DNA of 60,502 bases from Aristaeellaceae bacterium (GTDB taxonomy: Bacteria > Bacillota > Clostridia > Christensenellales > Aristaeellaceae), in NCBI GenBank assembly GCA_051883775.1, contig JBJEUJ010000113.1:1-60502 (forward strand), in the 5' to 3' direction. Below, piece after piece: positions 1 through 9,249 of the stretch. The number at the start of each line of letters is the position of its first letter. Position 1 is the stretch's first letter. The notes under the pieces were generated by a model, which was not told the origin of the DNA, ran no database searches, and worked only from the letters and a program-made list of their open reading frames with translations. A program made the position numbers and the translations under genes.

Positions 1-2
1 CC

Positions 3-1235
3 GGCATGACCTACATCTTCGACGAGCCCAGCACCGGCATGCACCCCCGGGACGTGCATCGCATGACCCGGCTGCTGCAGGCCCTGCGGGACAAGGGCAA
101 CACTGTGCTGGTGGTGGAGCACGACAGGGACGTGATCGCCATTGCCGATGAGGTGATCGACGTGGGCCCGCTGGCGGGGAAGGATGGCGGCGAGATCCTC
201 TTCCAGGGCAGCTACGAGGCCCTGCTTTGCTCCGGCACCCGCACCGGCAACGCCATGCGGCAGACCCTCCCCCTGAAGGCCGCGCCCCGCAGGCCGAAGG
301 GCTTCCTCCCCGTGCGGGACGCCTGCGTCCACAACCTGAAGCACGTGTCCGTGGACATTCCCCTGAATGTGCTGACGGTGGTCACCGGGGTGGCCGGCTC
401 GGGCAAGAGCTCGCTGATCCGGGACGTGTTCGCCCGGCAGTACGCCGACCGGGTGGTGCTGGTGGATCAGTCCCCCGTGACGGCCACGGGCCGCTCCACC
501 CCCGCCACCTTTCTGGGCTTCTTTGACGAGATCCGCCGGGTCATGGCGGCGGAGAACGGCGTGGATGCGTCCCTGTTCTCCTTCAACAGCAAGGGGGCCT
601 GTCCGGCCTGCGGCGGCAGGGGACAGATTGTCACGGAACTGGTGTTCATGGATCCTGTCACCACCGTGTGCGAGGCCTGCGAGGGCCGGCGGTACAGCGG
701 GGAAGCCCTGTCCTACCGCTATCACGGGAAGAACATCGTGGACATTCTGGCCATGTCCGCCGGGGAGGCCTATGACTTCTTCCGGGACAACGTAAAGCTC
801 CGCCGGGCCCTGGGGGCCATCAGGGAGGTGGGTCTGCCGTATCTGTCCCTGGGGCAGCCCCTGTCCACCCTCTCCGGCGGCGAGCGCCAGCGGGTGAAGC
901 TGGCCAGGTATCTGGACAGGAAGGGCAACATCTACGTGCTGGACGAGCCCACCACGGGGCTGCACGCCTCGGATGTGCAGACGGTCATGGCGCTGCTGGA
1001 CAGCCTGGTGGACAAGGGCAACACGGTCATCGTCATCGAGCACAACCCGGATGTGATGAAGCAGGCGGATTACCTGATCGACGTGGGGCCGGACGGCGGC
1101 ACCGCGGGCGGGGAGGTCGTCTTTACCGGAACGCCCCGGGAGATGGCGGAGAGGGGGGACACCATCACCGCCCGGTATCTGCGCAAAGCCCTGCAGGGCA
1201 GGGCCGGTGAACGGACGGAAAGCGCGGCTTTCTGA
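3..1235 (+). CDS. UvrA-family tandem-ABC ATPase (excinuclease ABC subunit A paralogue), N-terminus cut by window edge
   Basis: The ORF is open to the window edge. It has a Walker B-like 'YIFDEPSTGMH', a second Walker A 'GVAGSGKSS', paired CxxC motifs 'CPACGGRG...CEACEGRRY', and an ABC signature 'LSGGERQRVKLA' followed by 'YVLDEPTTGLH'. This is the UvrA layout. Confidence 0.85.
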   Translation, partial: GMTYIFDEPSTGMHPRDVHRMTRLLQALRDKGNTVLVVEHDRDVIAIADEVIDVGPLAGKDGGEILFQGSYEALLCSGTRTGNAMRQTLPLKAAPRRPKGFLPVRDACVHNLKHVSVDIPLNVLTVVTGVAGSGKSSLIRDVFARQYADRVVLVDQSPVTATGRSTPATFLGFFDEIRRVMAAENGVDASLFSFNSKGACPACGGRGQIVTELVFMDPVTTVCEACEGRRYSGEALSYRYHGKNIVDILAMSAGEAYDFFRDNVKLRRALGAIREVGLPYLSLGQPLSTLSGGERQRVKLARYLDRKGNIYVLDEPTTGLHASDVQTVMALLDSLVDKGNTVIVIEHNPDVMKQADYLIDVGPDGGTAGGEVVFTGTPREMAERGDTITARYLRKALQGRAGERTESAAF

Positions 1236-1247
1236 CCGATAGGGCAA

Positions 1248-1283
1248 GGGGGCGATCCGTATGCGGCGGACCGGCCCCTTTTT
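1248..1283 (+). terminator. Intrinsic terminator after the UvrA-like gene
   Basis: GGGGGCGATCCG (1248-1259) pairs with CGGACCGGCCCC (1267-1278) with 2 mismatches, followed by TTTTT (1279-1283). Confidence 0.5.
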
Positions 1284-1325
1284 CAGCACAGGTTGGGAAA
1301 ATGACGGAAGATAGCACAGGTATAG

Positions 1326-1354
1326 TTGCCGGAAGGCGGAAGATGCTGTATAAT
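1326..1354 (+). promoter_or_regulatory. Sigma70-like promoter (TTGCCG-17-TATAAT)
   Basis: -35 TTGCCG at 1326-1331, a 17-nt spacer, and -10 TATAAT at 1349-1354. It sits upstream of a small RBS-led ORF and the rtcB leader. Confidence 0.4.
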
Positions 1355-1560
1355 GGCATTGACCGGTTAATCCAGACTGATGAAAGGAGCGGACTGTCAT
1401 GACGAAGCATGTGAAATGGTTTTCACGCCGCAATGATTCCGAACGCACACTGCTGTCCAATGGGCAGGGTTCGCTTTGCGTACGCCCAAAGCTGACATGC
1501 AGACGCTTGCCGGACCGTTCCCCTCAGCCGTGATGTTTGTGGGAACGGCTTTTGAGCGAT

Positions 1561-1594
1561 CCGCCTGTCCGCCATGGGCAGGTGGACTTTTTTT
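1561..1594 (+). terminator. Intrinsic terminator/attenuator in the rtcB leader
   Basis: CCGCCTGTCC (1561-1570) pairs with GGGCAGGTGG (1576-1585) as a 10-bp stem with two G.U pairs and a 5-nt loop, followed by a T7 run (1588-1594). It lies 90 nt upstream of the rtcB start. Confidence 0.6.
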
Positions 1595-1683
1595 GTGCCG
1601 GGAGATGGGTGCGCGCCCCATGGGCCCGGACGGATCGGAAGGAACCTGTCAGAGCGTATCACGCCTGAGAAAGGAAGAAAAGG

Positions 1684-2883
1684 ATGGAAATCAAGGGAAC
1701 CTATGCAACCGCCGTCTGCTTTGCCCGGACGGTGGAGGAGAAGGCGGCGGAGCAGATCCGCACCATGTGCTCGACCCCTGTCGCCGAGGGCAGCAAGGTG
1801 CGCATCATGCCCGATGTGCATGCAGGCAAGGGCTGCACCATCGGCACCACCATGACCATTCATGGCCGGGCCGTGCCCAATGTGGTGGGCGTGGACATCG
1901 GCTGCGGCATGTATACCGTGCGGCTGAATACCGGTGAGATTGACTGTGCCAGGGTGGACGAGGCTGCGCACTTCATCCCGTCCGGCCAGCATGTGTGGGA
2001 TGAGCCCATGGAGCCCTTCCCGCTGGAGGAGCTGCGCTGCTTTTCGCAGCTGCGGCACCCCAAGCGTCTGGCCTGCAGCCTGGGTACGCTGGGCGGGGGC
2101 AATCACTTCATCGAGATTGACCGCGCCTCCGACGGAGAATGCTACCTGGTGATCCATTCCGGCAGCAGGAACCTGGGCAAGCAGGTGGCCGAGTATTATC
2201 AGCAGCTGGCCATCGACTGGCACGAGGGCAAGCCCAGGCTGACGGTTGACCGCGACGCGCTGATTGCGCAGCTGAAGGCGGAGGGGAGGCACAAGGAAAT
2301 CCAGGCGGCGCTCAGGGCGCTGGACAAGCCCACCCGCGCGCTGCAGGTGCCTGCCTCACTGTGCTGGCTGGAGGGGGACTATCTGGCCGACTACCTGCAT
2401 GATGTGGAGCTGTGCCAGCGCTTCGCCCTCCGCAGCCGGGAGCGGATGGCGCAGATGCTGCTGGAGCGCACCGGCATGACCGGGCAGGAGGGCTTCCACA
2501 CCATCCACAACTACATCGACACGGCGGAGATGATCCTGCGCAAGGGGGCCATCGCCGCCCACAAGGGCGAACGGGTGCTGATCCCCATCAACATGCGCGA
2601 CGGCAGCATCCTTGCCCTGGGCAAGGGCAACCCCGACTGGAACTTCTCCGCGCCCCACGGCGCGGGCCGCGTCATGTCCCGGATGGCTGCCCGCAGCCTG
2701 CTCACCATGGAGGAATACCGCGCCTCCATGGAGGGGATCTACACCACCTCGGTCAGCGCCGATACCCTCGATGAGGCGCCCATGGCCTACAAGTCCCTGG
2801 AGGAGATTGTCGACGCCGTGCAGGAAGCCGTTGACATTCTCGACATCATCAGGCCCATCTACAATTTCAAGGCAGCTGACTGA
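1684..2883 (+). CDS. rtcB: RtcB-family RNA 3'-phosphate ligase
   Basis: 399 aa. It shows the RtcB metal and GMP-His region motifs 'MPDVHAGKGCTIGT', 'VGVDIGCGM', 'GGGNHFIEI' and 'HSGSRNLG', and a C-terminal 'PIYNFK'. An RBS (AAGGAAGAAAAGG) precedes the ATG. Confidence 0.9.
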   Translation: MEIKGTYATAVCFARTVEEKAAEQIRTMCSTPVAEGSKVRIMPDVHAGKGCTIGTTMTIHGRAVPNVVGVDIGCGMYTVRLNTGEIDCARVDEAAHFIPSGQHVWDEPMEPFPLEELRCFSQLRHPKRLACSLGTLGGGNHFIEIDRASDGECYLVIHSGSRNLGKQVAEYYQQLAIDWHEGKPRLTVDRDALIAQLKAEGRHKEIQAALRALDKPTRALQVPASLCWLEGDYLADYLHDVELCQRFALRSRERMAQMLLERTGMTGQEGFHTIHNYIDTAEMILRKGAIAAHKGERVLIPINMRDGSILALGKGNPDWNFSAPHGAGRVMSRMAARSLLTMEEYRASMEGIYTTSVSADTLDEAPMAYKSLEEIVDAVQEAVDILDIIRPIYNFKAAD

Positions 2884-2919
2884 ACGCCCGTCCGGCCAGG
2901 TGCCGGAAAGGAGTATCCC

Positions 2920-3162
2920 ATGCAGCACGCAGCCATGCCCGCCGTGAACCTGGCCCTGACCGGCCAGAACATCCGCGCCCTGCGCAAGCAGCGCGGCCTG
3001 ACCGTGAAGGACCTGCAGGACATCTTCGGCTTCGCGACGCCGCAGGCCATCTACAAGTGGCAGCAGGGCGTGAACCTTCCCACCGTGGATAACCTGGTGG
3101 TGCTGGCCAGCGTCTTTGACGTACCCATGGAAAGGATACTGGTGATCGAGGTGAACCGGTAG
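2920..3162 (+). CDS. XRE-family helix-turn-helix transcriptional regulator
   Basis: 80 aa. 'IRALRKQRGLTVKDLQDIFGFATPQAIYKWQQGVNLPTVDNLVVLASVF' is a classic HTH_3 pattern. RBS AAAGGAG lies at 2905-2911. Confidence 0.8.
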   Translation: MQHAAMPAVNLALTGQNIRALRKQRGLTVKDLQDIFGFATPQAIYKWQQGVNLPTVDNLVVLASVFDVPMERILVIEVNR

Positions 3163-3499
3163 GCCCTGAACAACAGCGCATGCACGCGGACGCGGCGTGC
3201 ATTTCCTGTCGCGGCCAGCGGCCAGGCAGCGAGCGGGCAGCTAACCTGCATGCGCGCCTGGCCGGCTGGTCATATGGAGGGTGGAAGGCTGCGCCCCGCT
3301 CCATCCGCAGGCGCGATGCCGGACGCTCCGGGCGCAGGAAAGGAATGCCGCCAATGGGGCGCGCCTGCCCGGCGGAATCCGGCCTTTCGCCATGCAAAAC
3401 CGCCTGGGCATGCAGGAATCGGGCGATAATGTGTCAAATAGTACAACCATGCTTCATTGGCACGTGATTCTCCCGGATGTACGAAAGGAGCGGTTTCCC

Positions 3500-4693
3500 A
3501 TGGAGAAGAAGGTTCGTTTCGGCCTCATCGGCATCGGCAATCAGGGCTCGGCCTATGCCGGCTTCCTCAGCGGCAAGGCCAAGGGCTTCCCCGGCATGCC
3601 CGCGCCGGAGTGTCCTCCCCACTGCGCCCTGGGCGCGCTGTGCGACATTGACCCCGCCAGGGAGCAGCTGTGCCGGGAGCAGTTCCCCGAGTATCCCTTC
3701 TTCCGGGACTGGAGGGACCTTATCGACTCGGGCGCCTGCGACGCGGTGATCACCACCGTGCCCCATTATCTGCACACGGAGATCGCCATCTACTGCCTGG
3801 AGCATGGCATGAACGTGCTGGTGGAGAAGCCCGCCGGCGTGTACGCCAAGGCTGTGCGGGAGATGAACGAATGCGCGGCGCAGCATCCCGGCGTGGCCTT
3901 CGGCATCATGTTCAACCAGCGCACCAACAGGCTGTACCAGCAGGTGAAGGCGCTGGTGGAGAGCGGCGAGCTGGGCGAAATCCGCCGTTCCAGCTGGATC
4001 ATCAACAGCTGGTGGCGGCCGGACAGCTATTACCGCTCCAGCGCCTGGCGCGCCACCTGGGGCGGCGAGGGCGGCGGCGTGCTGGTGAATCAGGCGCCCC
4101 ATCAGCTGGATCTGTGGCAGTGGATCTGCGGCGTGCCCTCCACGGTGTACGCCAAGTGCCTGTACGGCTGCCACCGCGACATTGCGGTGGAGAACGACGT
4201 GACCATCGTGACCACCTACCCCAACGGGGCGACCGGCTCCTTCATCACCTGCACCCACGACCCCATCGGCACCGACCGGCTGGAGATCGACCTGAGCGGC
4301 GGCAAGATTGTGGTCAATGACAGCACCACCGCCACCGTCTACCGCCTGAAGAAGACCGAGGACGAAATGAACGGCACCATGAGCATGCACGAGGTGGCCA
4401 TGCTCACCCGGGGCAACGCTGCCAGCGGCCTGTACGACACGGAGACCATCACCAACACCGACGGCTGGGGCCTCCAGCACCTGACGGTGATGGAGAACTT
4501 CGCCCGGCACATCCTGGAGGGCGAGCCCCTGCTGGCCCCCGGCTCCGACGGCATCAACGGCGTGAACCTGGCCAACGCCACGCTTTTGTCCTCCTGGCTG
4601 GGCCGGGAGGTGGACAACCCCGTGGACGAGGATGTGTACCTGGCCGAGCTGAACAAGCGCATTGCCGCGGAGGGCAGGTTCCCCACCCGCTGA
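3500..4693 (+). CDS. Gfo/Idh/MocA-family NAD(P)-dependent oxidoreductase
   Basis: Start trimmed to the ATG at 3500, which follows RBS GAAAGGAG. It has the Rossmann motif 'VRFGLIGIGNQG' and the family motif 'VLVEKPAG'. Confidence 0.85.
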   Translation: MEKKVRFGLIGIGNQGSAYAGFLSGKAKGFPGMPAPECPPHCALGALCDIDPAREQLCREQFPEYPFFRDWRDLIDSGACDAVITTVPHYLHTEIAIYCLEHGMNVLVEKPAGVYAKAVREMNECAAQHPGVAFGIMFNQRTNRLYQQVKALVESGELGEIRRSSWIINSWWRPDSYYRSSAWRATWGGEGGGVLVNQAPHQLDLWQWICGVPSTVYAKCLYGCHRDIAVENDVTIVTTYPNGATGSFITCTHDPIGTDRLEIDLSGGKIVVNDSTTATVYRLKKTEDEMNGTMSMHEVAMLTRGNAASGLYDTETITNTDGWGLQHLTVMENFARHILEGEPLLAPGSDGINGVNLANATLLSSWLGREVDNPVDEDVYLAELNKRIAAEGRFPTR

Positions 4694-4724
4694 ACCATCA
4701 CACAAGCAAAAGGAGAGGATTCCC

Positions 4725-5579
4725 ATGGCAAAAGGCCTGATCGGCATCCAGATGAGCACCATCAAGCAGAAGATCGGTGAGCTGGGCGCCTACGAAACCC
4801 TGCGCCAGTGCGCGCTGCTGGGCTATCACTGCATTGAAATCAGCCAGATTCCCATGACCCCCGAAAACGTGGCCGACATGAAGCGGGCCTGCGACGATTT
4901 CGGCATCAGGGTGGCGGCCTGCTCCGCGGCGGTGGCGCCCATGTATCCCGGCGCTCCCGGCGAGTGCCTGGAGAACGACTTTGAGAAGATCGTGGCCGAC
5001 TGCAAGGCCCTGGACTGCGATATGCTGCGCATCGGCATGCTGCCCGTGAGCTGCATGGGCAGCTACGAGCGCGCGGTGGCCTTCGCCCGCCAGGCCGACG
5101 AGATGGCCGTGCGGCTGAAGGAGCGGGGCATCGACCTGTACTACCACAACCATCATGTGGAGTTCGCCAAGTACAACGGCGAGTACCTGCTGGACATCAT
5201 CCGGGCCAACGCGCCCCATCTGGGCTTCGAGCTGGACATCCACTGGATTCACCGGGGCGGCGCCAACGAGGTGGACGTCATCCGCAAGTACGCCGGGAGC
5301 ATCCGCCTATTGCACCTGAAGGACTACCGCGTTGTGCCCTTCGTGATGCCGGAGGACCGCACAAGGTTCATGGAGGCCTTTGCCAGCATCGTGCAGTTTG
5401 CGGAGGTGGGCGAGGGCAGCCTGCCCATCCGGGCCTGCATTGAGGCGGGCTTTGAGGGCGGCAGCCAGTATTTCCTCATCGAGCAGGACGACTGCTATGG
5501 CCGCGATCCCTTCGAGAGCCTGCGCATCAGCCGCGACAACCTGATCGCGCTGGGCTACGGCGACTGGTTCGAGCTGTAA
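4725..5579 (+). CDS. Sugar phosphate isomerase/epimerase (xylose-isomerase-like TIM barrel)
   Basis: Start at the ATG at 4725, after RBS AAAGGAGAGG. 'YHNHHVEF', 'LHLKD' and 'FLIEQD' are typical of AP_endonuc_2/TIM-barrel isomerases. Confidence 0.75.
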   Translation: MAKGLIGIQMSTIKQKIGELGAYETLRQCALLGYHCIEISQIPMTPENVADMKRACDDFGIRVAACSAAVAPMYPGAPGECLENDFEKIVADCKALDCDMLRIGMLPVSCMGSYERAVAFARQADEMAVRLKERGIDLYYHNHHVEFAKYNGEYLLDIIRANAPHLGFELDIHWIHRGGANEVDVIRKYAGSIRLLHLKDYRVVPFVMPEDRTRFMEAFASIVQFAEVGEGSLPIRACIEAGFEGGSQYFLIEQDDCYGRDPFESLRISRDNLIALGYGDWFEL

Positions 5580-5808
5580 GCCCGGGCGCGGCTGCCAGGC
5601 CGCTGCCCCATGCTTCCCTGACACCCGCGCCGGCGCTGTGGCTGGCGCGGGTGCTTTGCATCTCAGGCCGTGCCCTTGGCGGCCCTGGAAGCCCATGGCT
5701 GCGGGCGACCCGACAGGCCAAGGGCGGGCGGCTTCGTTTTTTGGGGGTGCCATCCGGCGGCAAATGTGCTATCATGGCGGTGAAACAAAACCGGAGGGGA
5801 GGTGCAGC

Positions 5809-6045
5809 ATGGCCAGCTATCTCATCAAGGACACCACCCGCGAGGAGCGGGAGCAGCTTGTGGCCGAGGCCGTCGGCAATATTGCCGCGACCTGCGACGG
5901 CTGCAGCGCGGGCATCATGGAGATGTACCAGGACTACATCGACGGCAGGAAGGAGCTGCGGCAGGTGAACATGGAGTTCGCCGCCCGCTATGTATCCGGC
6001 CGTCAGGGGCCGGGCGAGCGCATGGGCTGCGGCATGGGCCGCTGA
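5809..6045 (+). CDS. Small hypothetical protein (78 aa)
   Basis: ATG at 5809 follows GGAGGGGAGG, with an upstream TGcTATCAT extended -10-like box. The ORF is followed by a strong hairpin. No family was recognised. Confidence 0.45.
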   Translation: MASYLIKDTTREEREQLVAEAVGNIAATCDGCSAGIMEMYQDYIDGRKELRQVNMEFAARYVSGRQGPGERMGCGMGR

Positions 6046-6052
6046 TGCGCAG

Positions 6053-6089
6053 CGAAAGGGGGGACGCGAGGCAGGCGTCCTCCCTTTCG
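6053..6089 (+). terminator. Strong hairpin after the small ORF (weak U-tract)
   Basis: CGAAAGGGGGGACGC (6053-6067) pairs with GCGTCCTCCCTTTCG (6075-6089) as a 15-bp stem with one G.U. No clean T-run follows. Confidence 0.4.
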
Positions 6090-6186
6090 TCATGCACCCT
6101 GCTTTGGCCGGGGGTTGCATCAGCCTGCGTTCCATGATACAATGCAGAAAACTCTTGCGAAAACAGCAGAAAGGCGGTTCACCATC

Positions 6187-7704
6187 ATGAAACGCAAGCG
6201 TCTGGTACAGGTGCTGCTCGTCCTGCTCGGCTGCAGCGCTGCCGGCATCGCCCTTGACACGGGGGCGAAAACCGTACCTGTGTCCCTGGCCAACGCCTCC
6301 GTGAACAACGGCGGCGTGTTCGAGGGCTGGGGAACCAGCCTGTGCTGGTGGGCCAACCGCCTGGGCTACTCGGATACCCTGGCCCAGCAGGCAGCCGACC
6401 TGTTCTTTGGCCAGGAGGGCCTGAGGCTGAACATTATGCGCTACAACATCGGCGGCGGCGACGATCCCTCCCACCGTCACATCACCCGCACGGACTCCGC
6501 CATCCCCGGCTGGATGGTGTGGGATGAAACGCAGCAGCGCTTTGTGTACGACTACACCGCCGACCATAACCAGCTCAACGTGCTGCTGCGGGCCGTGCGG
6601 GCTGCGGGGGACAGGGCCCTGGTGGAGGCTTTCTCCAATTCGCCGCCCTATTTCATGACCGTCAGCGGCTGCTCCTCCGGCGGGGCCGATCCGGGCAGCA
6701 ACAACCTCCGCGATGCCTGCTATGCCGGTTTTGCGGAGTATCTGGCCCATGTGACCGATTATATCCAGCGCGAGCTCGGCGTGACCGTGACCAGCCTTTC
6801 GCCCATGAACGAGCCCAACACCGACTACTGGCGATGCTTCAGCGACAAGCAGGAGGGCTGCCACTTCGACGCGGGCGAGGCGCAGTCGCGCATTCTGGAG
6901 GAGGTGGCCGACGCGCTGGAGCGCTGCGGCCTTTCCAGCGTCATCATCGCCGCCAGCGACGAGACCAGCCCCGACAAGCAGCTGGAGGCATGGTACGCCT
7001 ACTCCGACAAGGCCAGGGCGGCCATCGGACGGCTGAACACCCATACCTACGGCGAGAAGGAAATCGACAGGCTGGGCAGCCTCGCCCGGGAGCAGGACAT
7101 TCACCTGTGGATGAGCGAGGTGGACGGCTCCGGCACGGCTGGCGAGCATGCGGGCGAGATGGGCGCCGCGCTGTGGATGGGGCAGAAGATCATCTCCGAC
7201 CTGAACGCCCTGTCCCCCTCCGCATGGGTCATGTGGCAGGTCATCGACAACCACATTTCCGCCGAGGGCATGAACGGCAATCGGGACTATGGCATGGTGG
7301 ATGTGAACGGGGGCTACTGGGGTGTGGCCGTGGCGGATCATGACCGCCAGGACATTGTGCTGACGCAGAAATACTACGGCCTGGGTCAGTTCACGCGCTA
7401 CATCCGGCCCGGCAGCACGCTCATCCACTGCGGCAGCGACGCCATCGCCGCCTACGACCCGGCAAGCCGGGAGCTGGCCATCGTGGCGCTGAACACCTCC
7501 GCCCGGGAGAAGAGGGTCGTCTTTGACCTGTCCTCCTTTGGGGCGGTGGGTACCGTTGCCCGGGCCGTCCGCACCAGCGGCAGCATGGCCGAGGGCGAGC
7601 ATTGGGCCAGCCTGGCGGACGTCCCGCTCTCCGGCAGGAGCCTCTCCGTCACGCTCCGGGGCAACGCCATCACCACCTTCATCATCAGCGGCGTGGAGCG
7701 GTGA
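6187..7704 (+). CDS. Glycoside hydrolase family 30 lipoprotein (beta-1,6-galactanase/glucanase-like)
   Basis: Start at 6187 gives a lipoprotein signal 'LLVLLGCS'. 'FEGWGTSLCWWANRLGY' and 'MRYNIGGGD' are GH30 hallmarks as I recall them. Clan GH-A catalytic contexts are 'SPMNEPN' (acid/base) and 'WMSEVDG' (nucleophile). Confidence 0.8.
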   Translation: MKRKRLVQVLLVLLGCSAAGIALDTGAKTVPVSLANASVNNGGVFEGWGTSLCWWANRLGYSDTLAQQAADLFFGQEGLRLNIMRYNIGGGDDPSHRHITRTDSAIPGWMVWDETQQRFVYDYTADHNQLNVLLRAVRAAGDRALVEAFSNSPPYFMTVSGCSSGGADPGSNNLRDACYAGFAEYLAHVTDYIQRELGVTVTSLSPMNEPNTDYWRCFSDKQEGCHFDAGEAQSRILEEVADALERCGLSSVIIAASDETSPDKQLEAWYAYSDKARAAIGRLNTHTYGEKEIDRLGSLAREQDIHLWMSEVDGSGTAGEHAGEMGAALWMGQKIISDLNALSPSAWVMWQVIDNHISAEGMNGNRDYGMVDVNGGYWGVAVADHDRQDIVLTQKYYGLGQFTRYIRPGSTLIHCGSDAIAAYDPASRELAIVALNTSAREKRVVFDLSSFGAVGTVARAVRTSGSMAEGEHWASLADVPLSGRSLSVTLRGNAITTFIISGVER

Positions 7705-7786
7705 CGGCAGGCTGCCTGACGAAGGCGGTGCGGGGAGGAAGCATGGAGCCGTTCAGCATGCAAGGACGGCTGCGGGGAGGTGTCCG

Positions 7787-8860
7787 ATGACTGGGGAACG
7801 AATCAGGCGGCTGATGCTGCAATGGAGGGAGCAGCTTGCTTTCCTGTGCAGCCGTCTGTTCCGGGGCCGAAAGGGAAACGTCCTGTGGCGTCGCCGGCAC
7901 AGGCGCTATGCCGCCGCGCGCCGCTCGCCGGTGCGAGTCCTGCTGATGCTGCTGTGCATGGGGGTCCTGCTCCTGTGCGCAGGCAGGCTGACCGGATATT
8001 TCGCGGCGTACATCTCCTCCCGCCAGGCCTCCGCGGACCTGCGAGCCATCTACTACGAAGCGGAGGACGGGCCGGAGGCCTCCGCAGAGGCGGCATACTC
8101 GCCTGAGCCCACCGCAGCCCCTGCCGTGGAAGCGACCGCGCCGCCTGCGCCGACAGCTGCCGCCACCATGGAACCGGCCCCCATCGCCACGCCGCGCACC
8201 TGCCTGGAGCCGGTGTCCTATCCGGAGAACCCCTACGGCATCGTCAGCAGCCGCTTCACCAGGCTGCGCAGGCAGAACAGCGACATCATCGGATGGCTGA
8301 GGATTGACGGCCTGCTCGACGAGGCTGTTGTCCAGCGGGACAACAGCTATTACCTGAACCGGGATTACCGGGGCTATCACAATGTGAACGGCGCCATTTT
8401 CCTGGATGAGAACTGCGGCCTGGACACCCGGCCCTATACCCTGCCGCTGTACGGGCACAACATGAAAACCGGCGCCATGTTCGGCTGCCTGCGGAATTAC
8501 GAGAACGCCAGCTTCTACCATGCCAATCCCTGGGTCACCCTGGACACCATGTACGAGGATGGCCGCTATGTGATCTTTGCCGTGGCCACGGTCAGCACGG
8601 ACGCTGCGGATCGGCATTACCTGAGCTTTGGCCAGCTGCTGTCGGCGAGCATCGCAAGCCGGGAGGCGGCGCTGGCATCCCTGAAGCGCCTTTCGCTCTA
8701 TTCCTGCCATATCGACGTGGCGGCGGAGGATCAGCTCCTGCTGCTGATAACCTGCACGGGGGACGACAGCGAAAGAAGAATCGTGGCCGCCCGCCGCGTC
8801 AGGGAAGGGGAGGATGAGGCGCAGCTGAGCAGGCTTGTCCGGAGGAATACCAGGAAGTAG
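7787..8860 (+). CDS. Sortase (class B-like) with N-terminal TM anchor and Pro/Ala-rich linker
   Basis: Start at the ATG at 7787, after GGGGAGG. It has 'NSDIIGWLRIDGLLDEAVVQRDNSYYLNRDY', 'LYGHNMKTGAMFGCL', the catalytic Cys context 'LLLITCTG' and a downstream Arg in 'RIVAARR'. Confidence 0.8.
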   Translation: MTGERIRRLMLQWREQLAFLCSRLFRGRKGNVLWRRRHRRYAAARRSPVRVLLMLLCMGVLLLCAGRLTGYFAAYISSRQASADLRAIYYEAEDGPEASAEAAYSPEPTAAPAVEATAPPAPTAAATMEPAPIATPRTCLEPVSYPENPYGIVSSRFTRLRRQNSDIIGWLRIDGLLDEAVVQRDNSYYLNRDYRGYHNVNGAIFLDENCGLDTRPYTLPLYGHNMKTGAMFGCLRNYENASFYHANPWVTLDTMYEDGRYVIFAVATVSTDAADRHYLSFGQLLSASIASREAALASLKRLSLYSCHIDVAAEDQLLLLITCTGDDSERRIVAARRVREGEDEAQLSRLVRRNTRK

Positions 8861-8883
8861 CTTAGGCGGCTGCGCGCCGCAGC

Positions 8884-8921
8884 GCAAAAGGGACGCTCCC
8901 GCAGGGGAGCGTCCCTTTTGC
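8884..8921 (+). terminator. Hairpin terminator after the sortase gene
   Basis: A perfect 17-bp stem, GCAAAAGGGACGCTCCC / GGGAGCGTCCCTTTTGC, with a 4-nt loop. The T-run lies within the 3' arm. Confidence 0.6.
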
Positions 8922-9249
8922 TGCCTGGATGGGCCCTGCGCTGTTTACGCGGCCCTTCAGCCGGACACACGGCCGCCGCTGCGCCGGCTTTCATGCCGGA
9001 GATGCGTGGTTCCTTTGTGGAGGCCCGGGCTGTTCGCGGGGAGGATGGTTTTGGAAGCAGAAGGATATGGCATATCGGCGCCGTTCGTGCTATACTATAC
9101 GCAAATGCTCAGGTACGGTGTCTTGCATATGAAGGATGTACGCAATGTCAGTGATTGTTTTCACAGGCCTTCCGTTGCGCTGTGCCGCATTCGGCTCACC
9201 GGCGGGCAGGGGAGCGGATGCGCTGACGCTGCATGATGGAGGAAGCGAT

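Noticed and set aside
3281-3499. 73-codon upstream extension of the Gfo/Idh/MocA ORF. Similar extensions occur at 4662..4724, 6115..6186, 7523..7786, 9136..9249, 19862..19993 and 22213..22455.
   Set aside because: In each case an internal ATG is preceded by a good Shine-Dalgarno sequence. That start yields the canonical N-terminus (Rossmann fold, lipobox or signal peptide), whereas the extension has no family similarity. I used the trimmed starts.
5527-7602. 691-aa minus-strand ORF. Similar long antisense ORFs are 19937..22144, 29119..30774, 30620..32911, 36317..38584, 9928..11016, 10935..12578, 12858..14054, 15758..16744, 33723..34553, 34903..36660 and 58674..59957.
   Set aside because: All are shadows of well-supported + strand genes (GH30, GH51, permeases, kinase, VirE and others). 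They have the same Arg/Gly/Ala/His-rich composition and no independent signals. I treat them as artefacts of G+C-rich codon bias.
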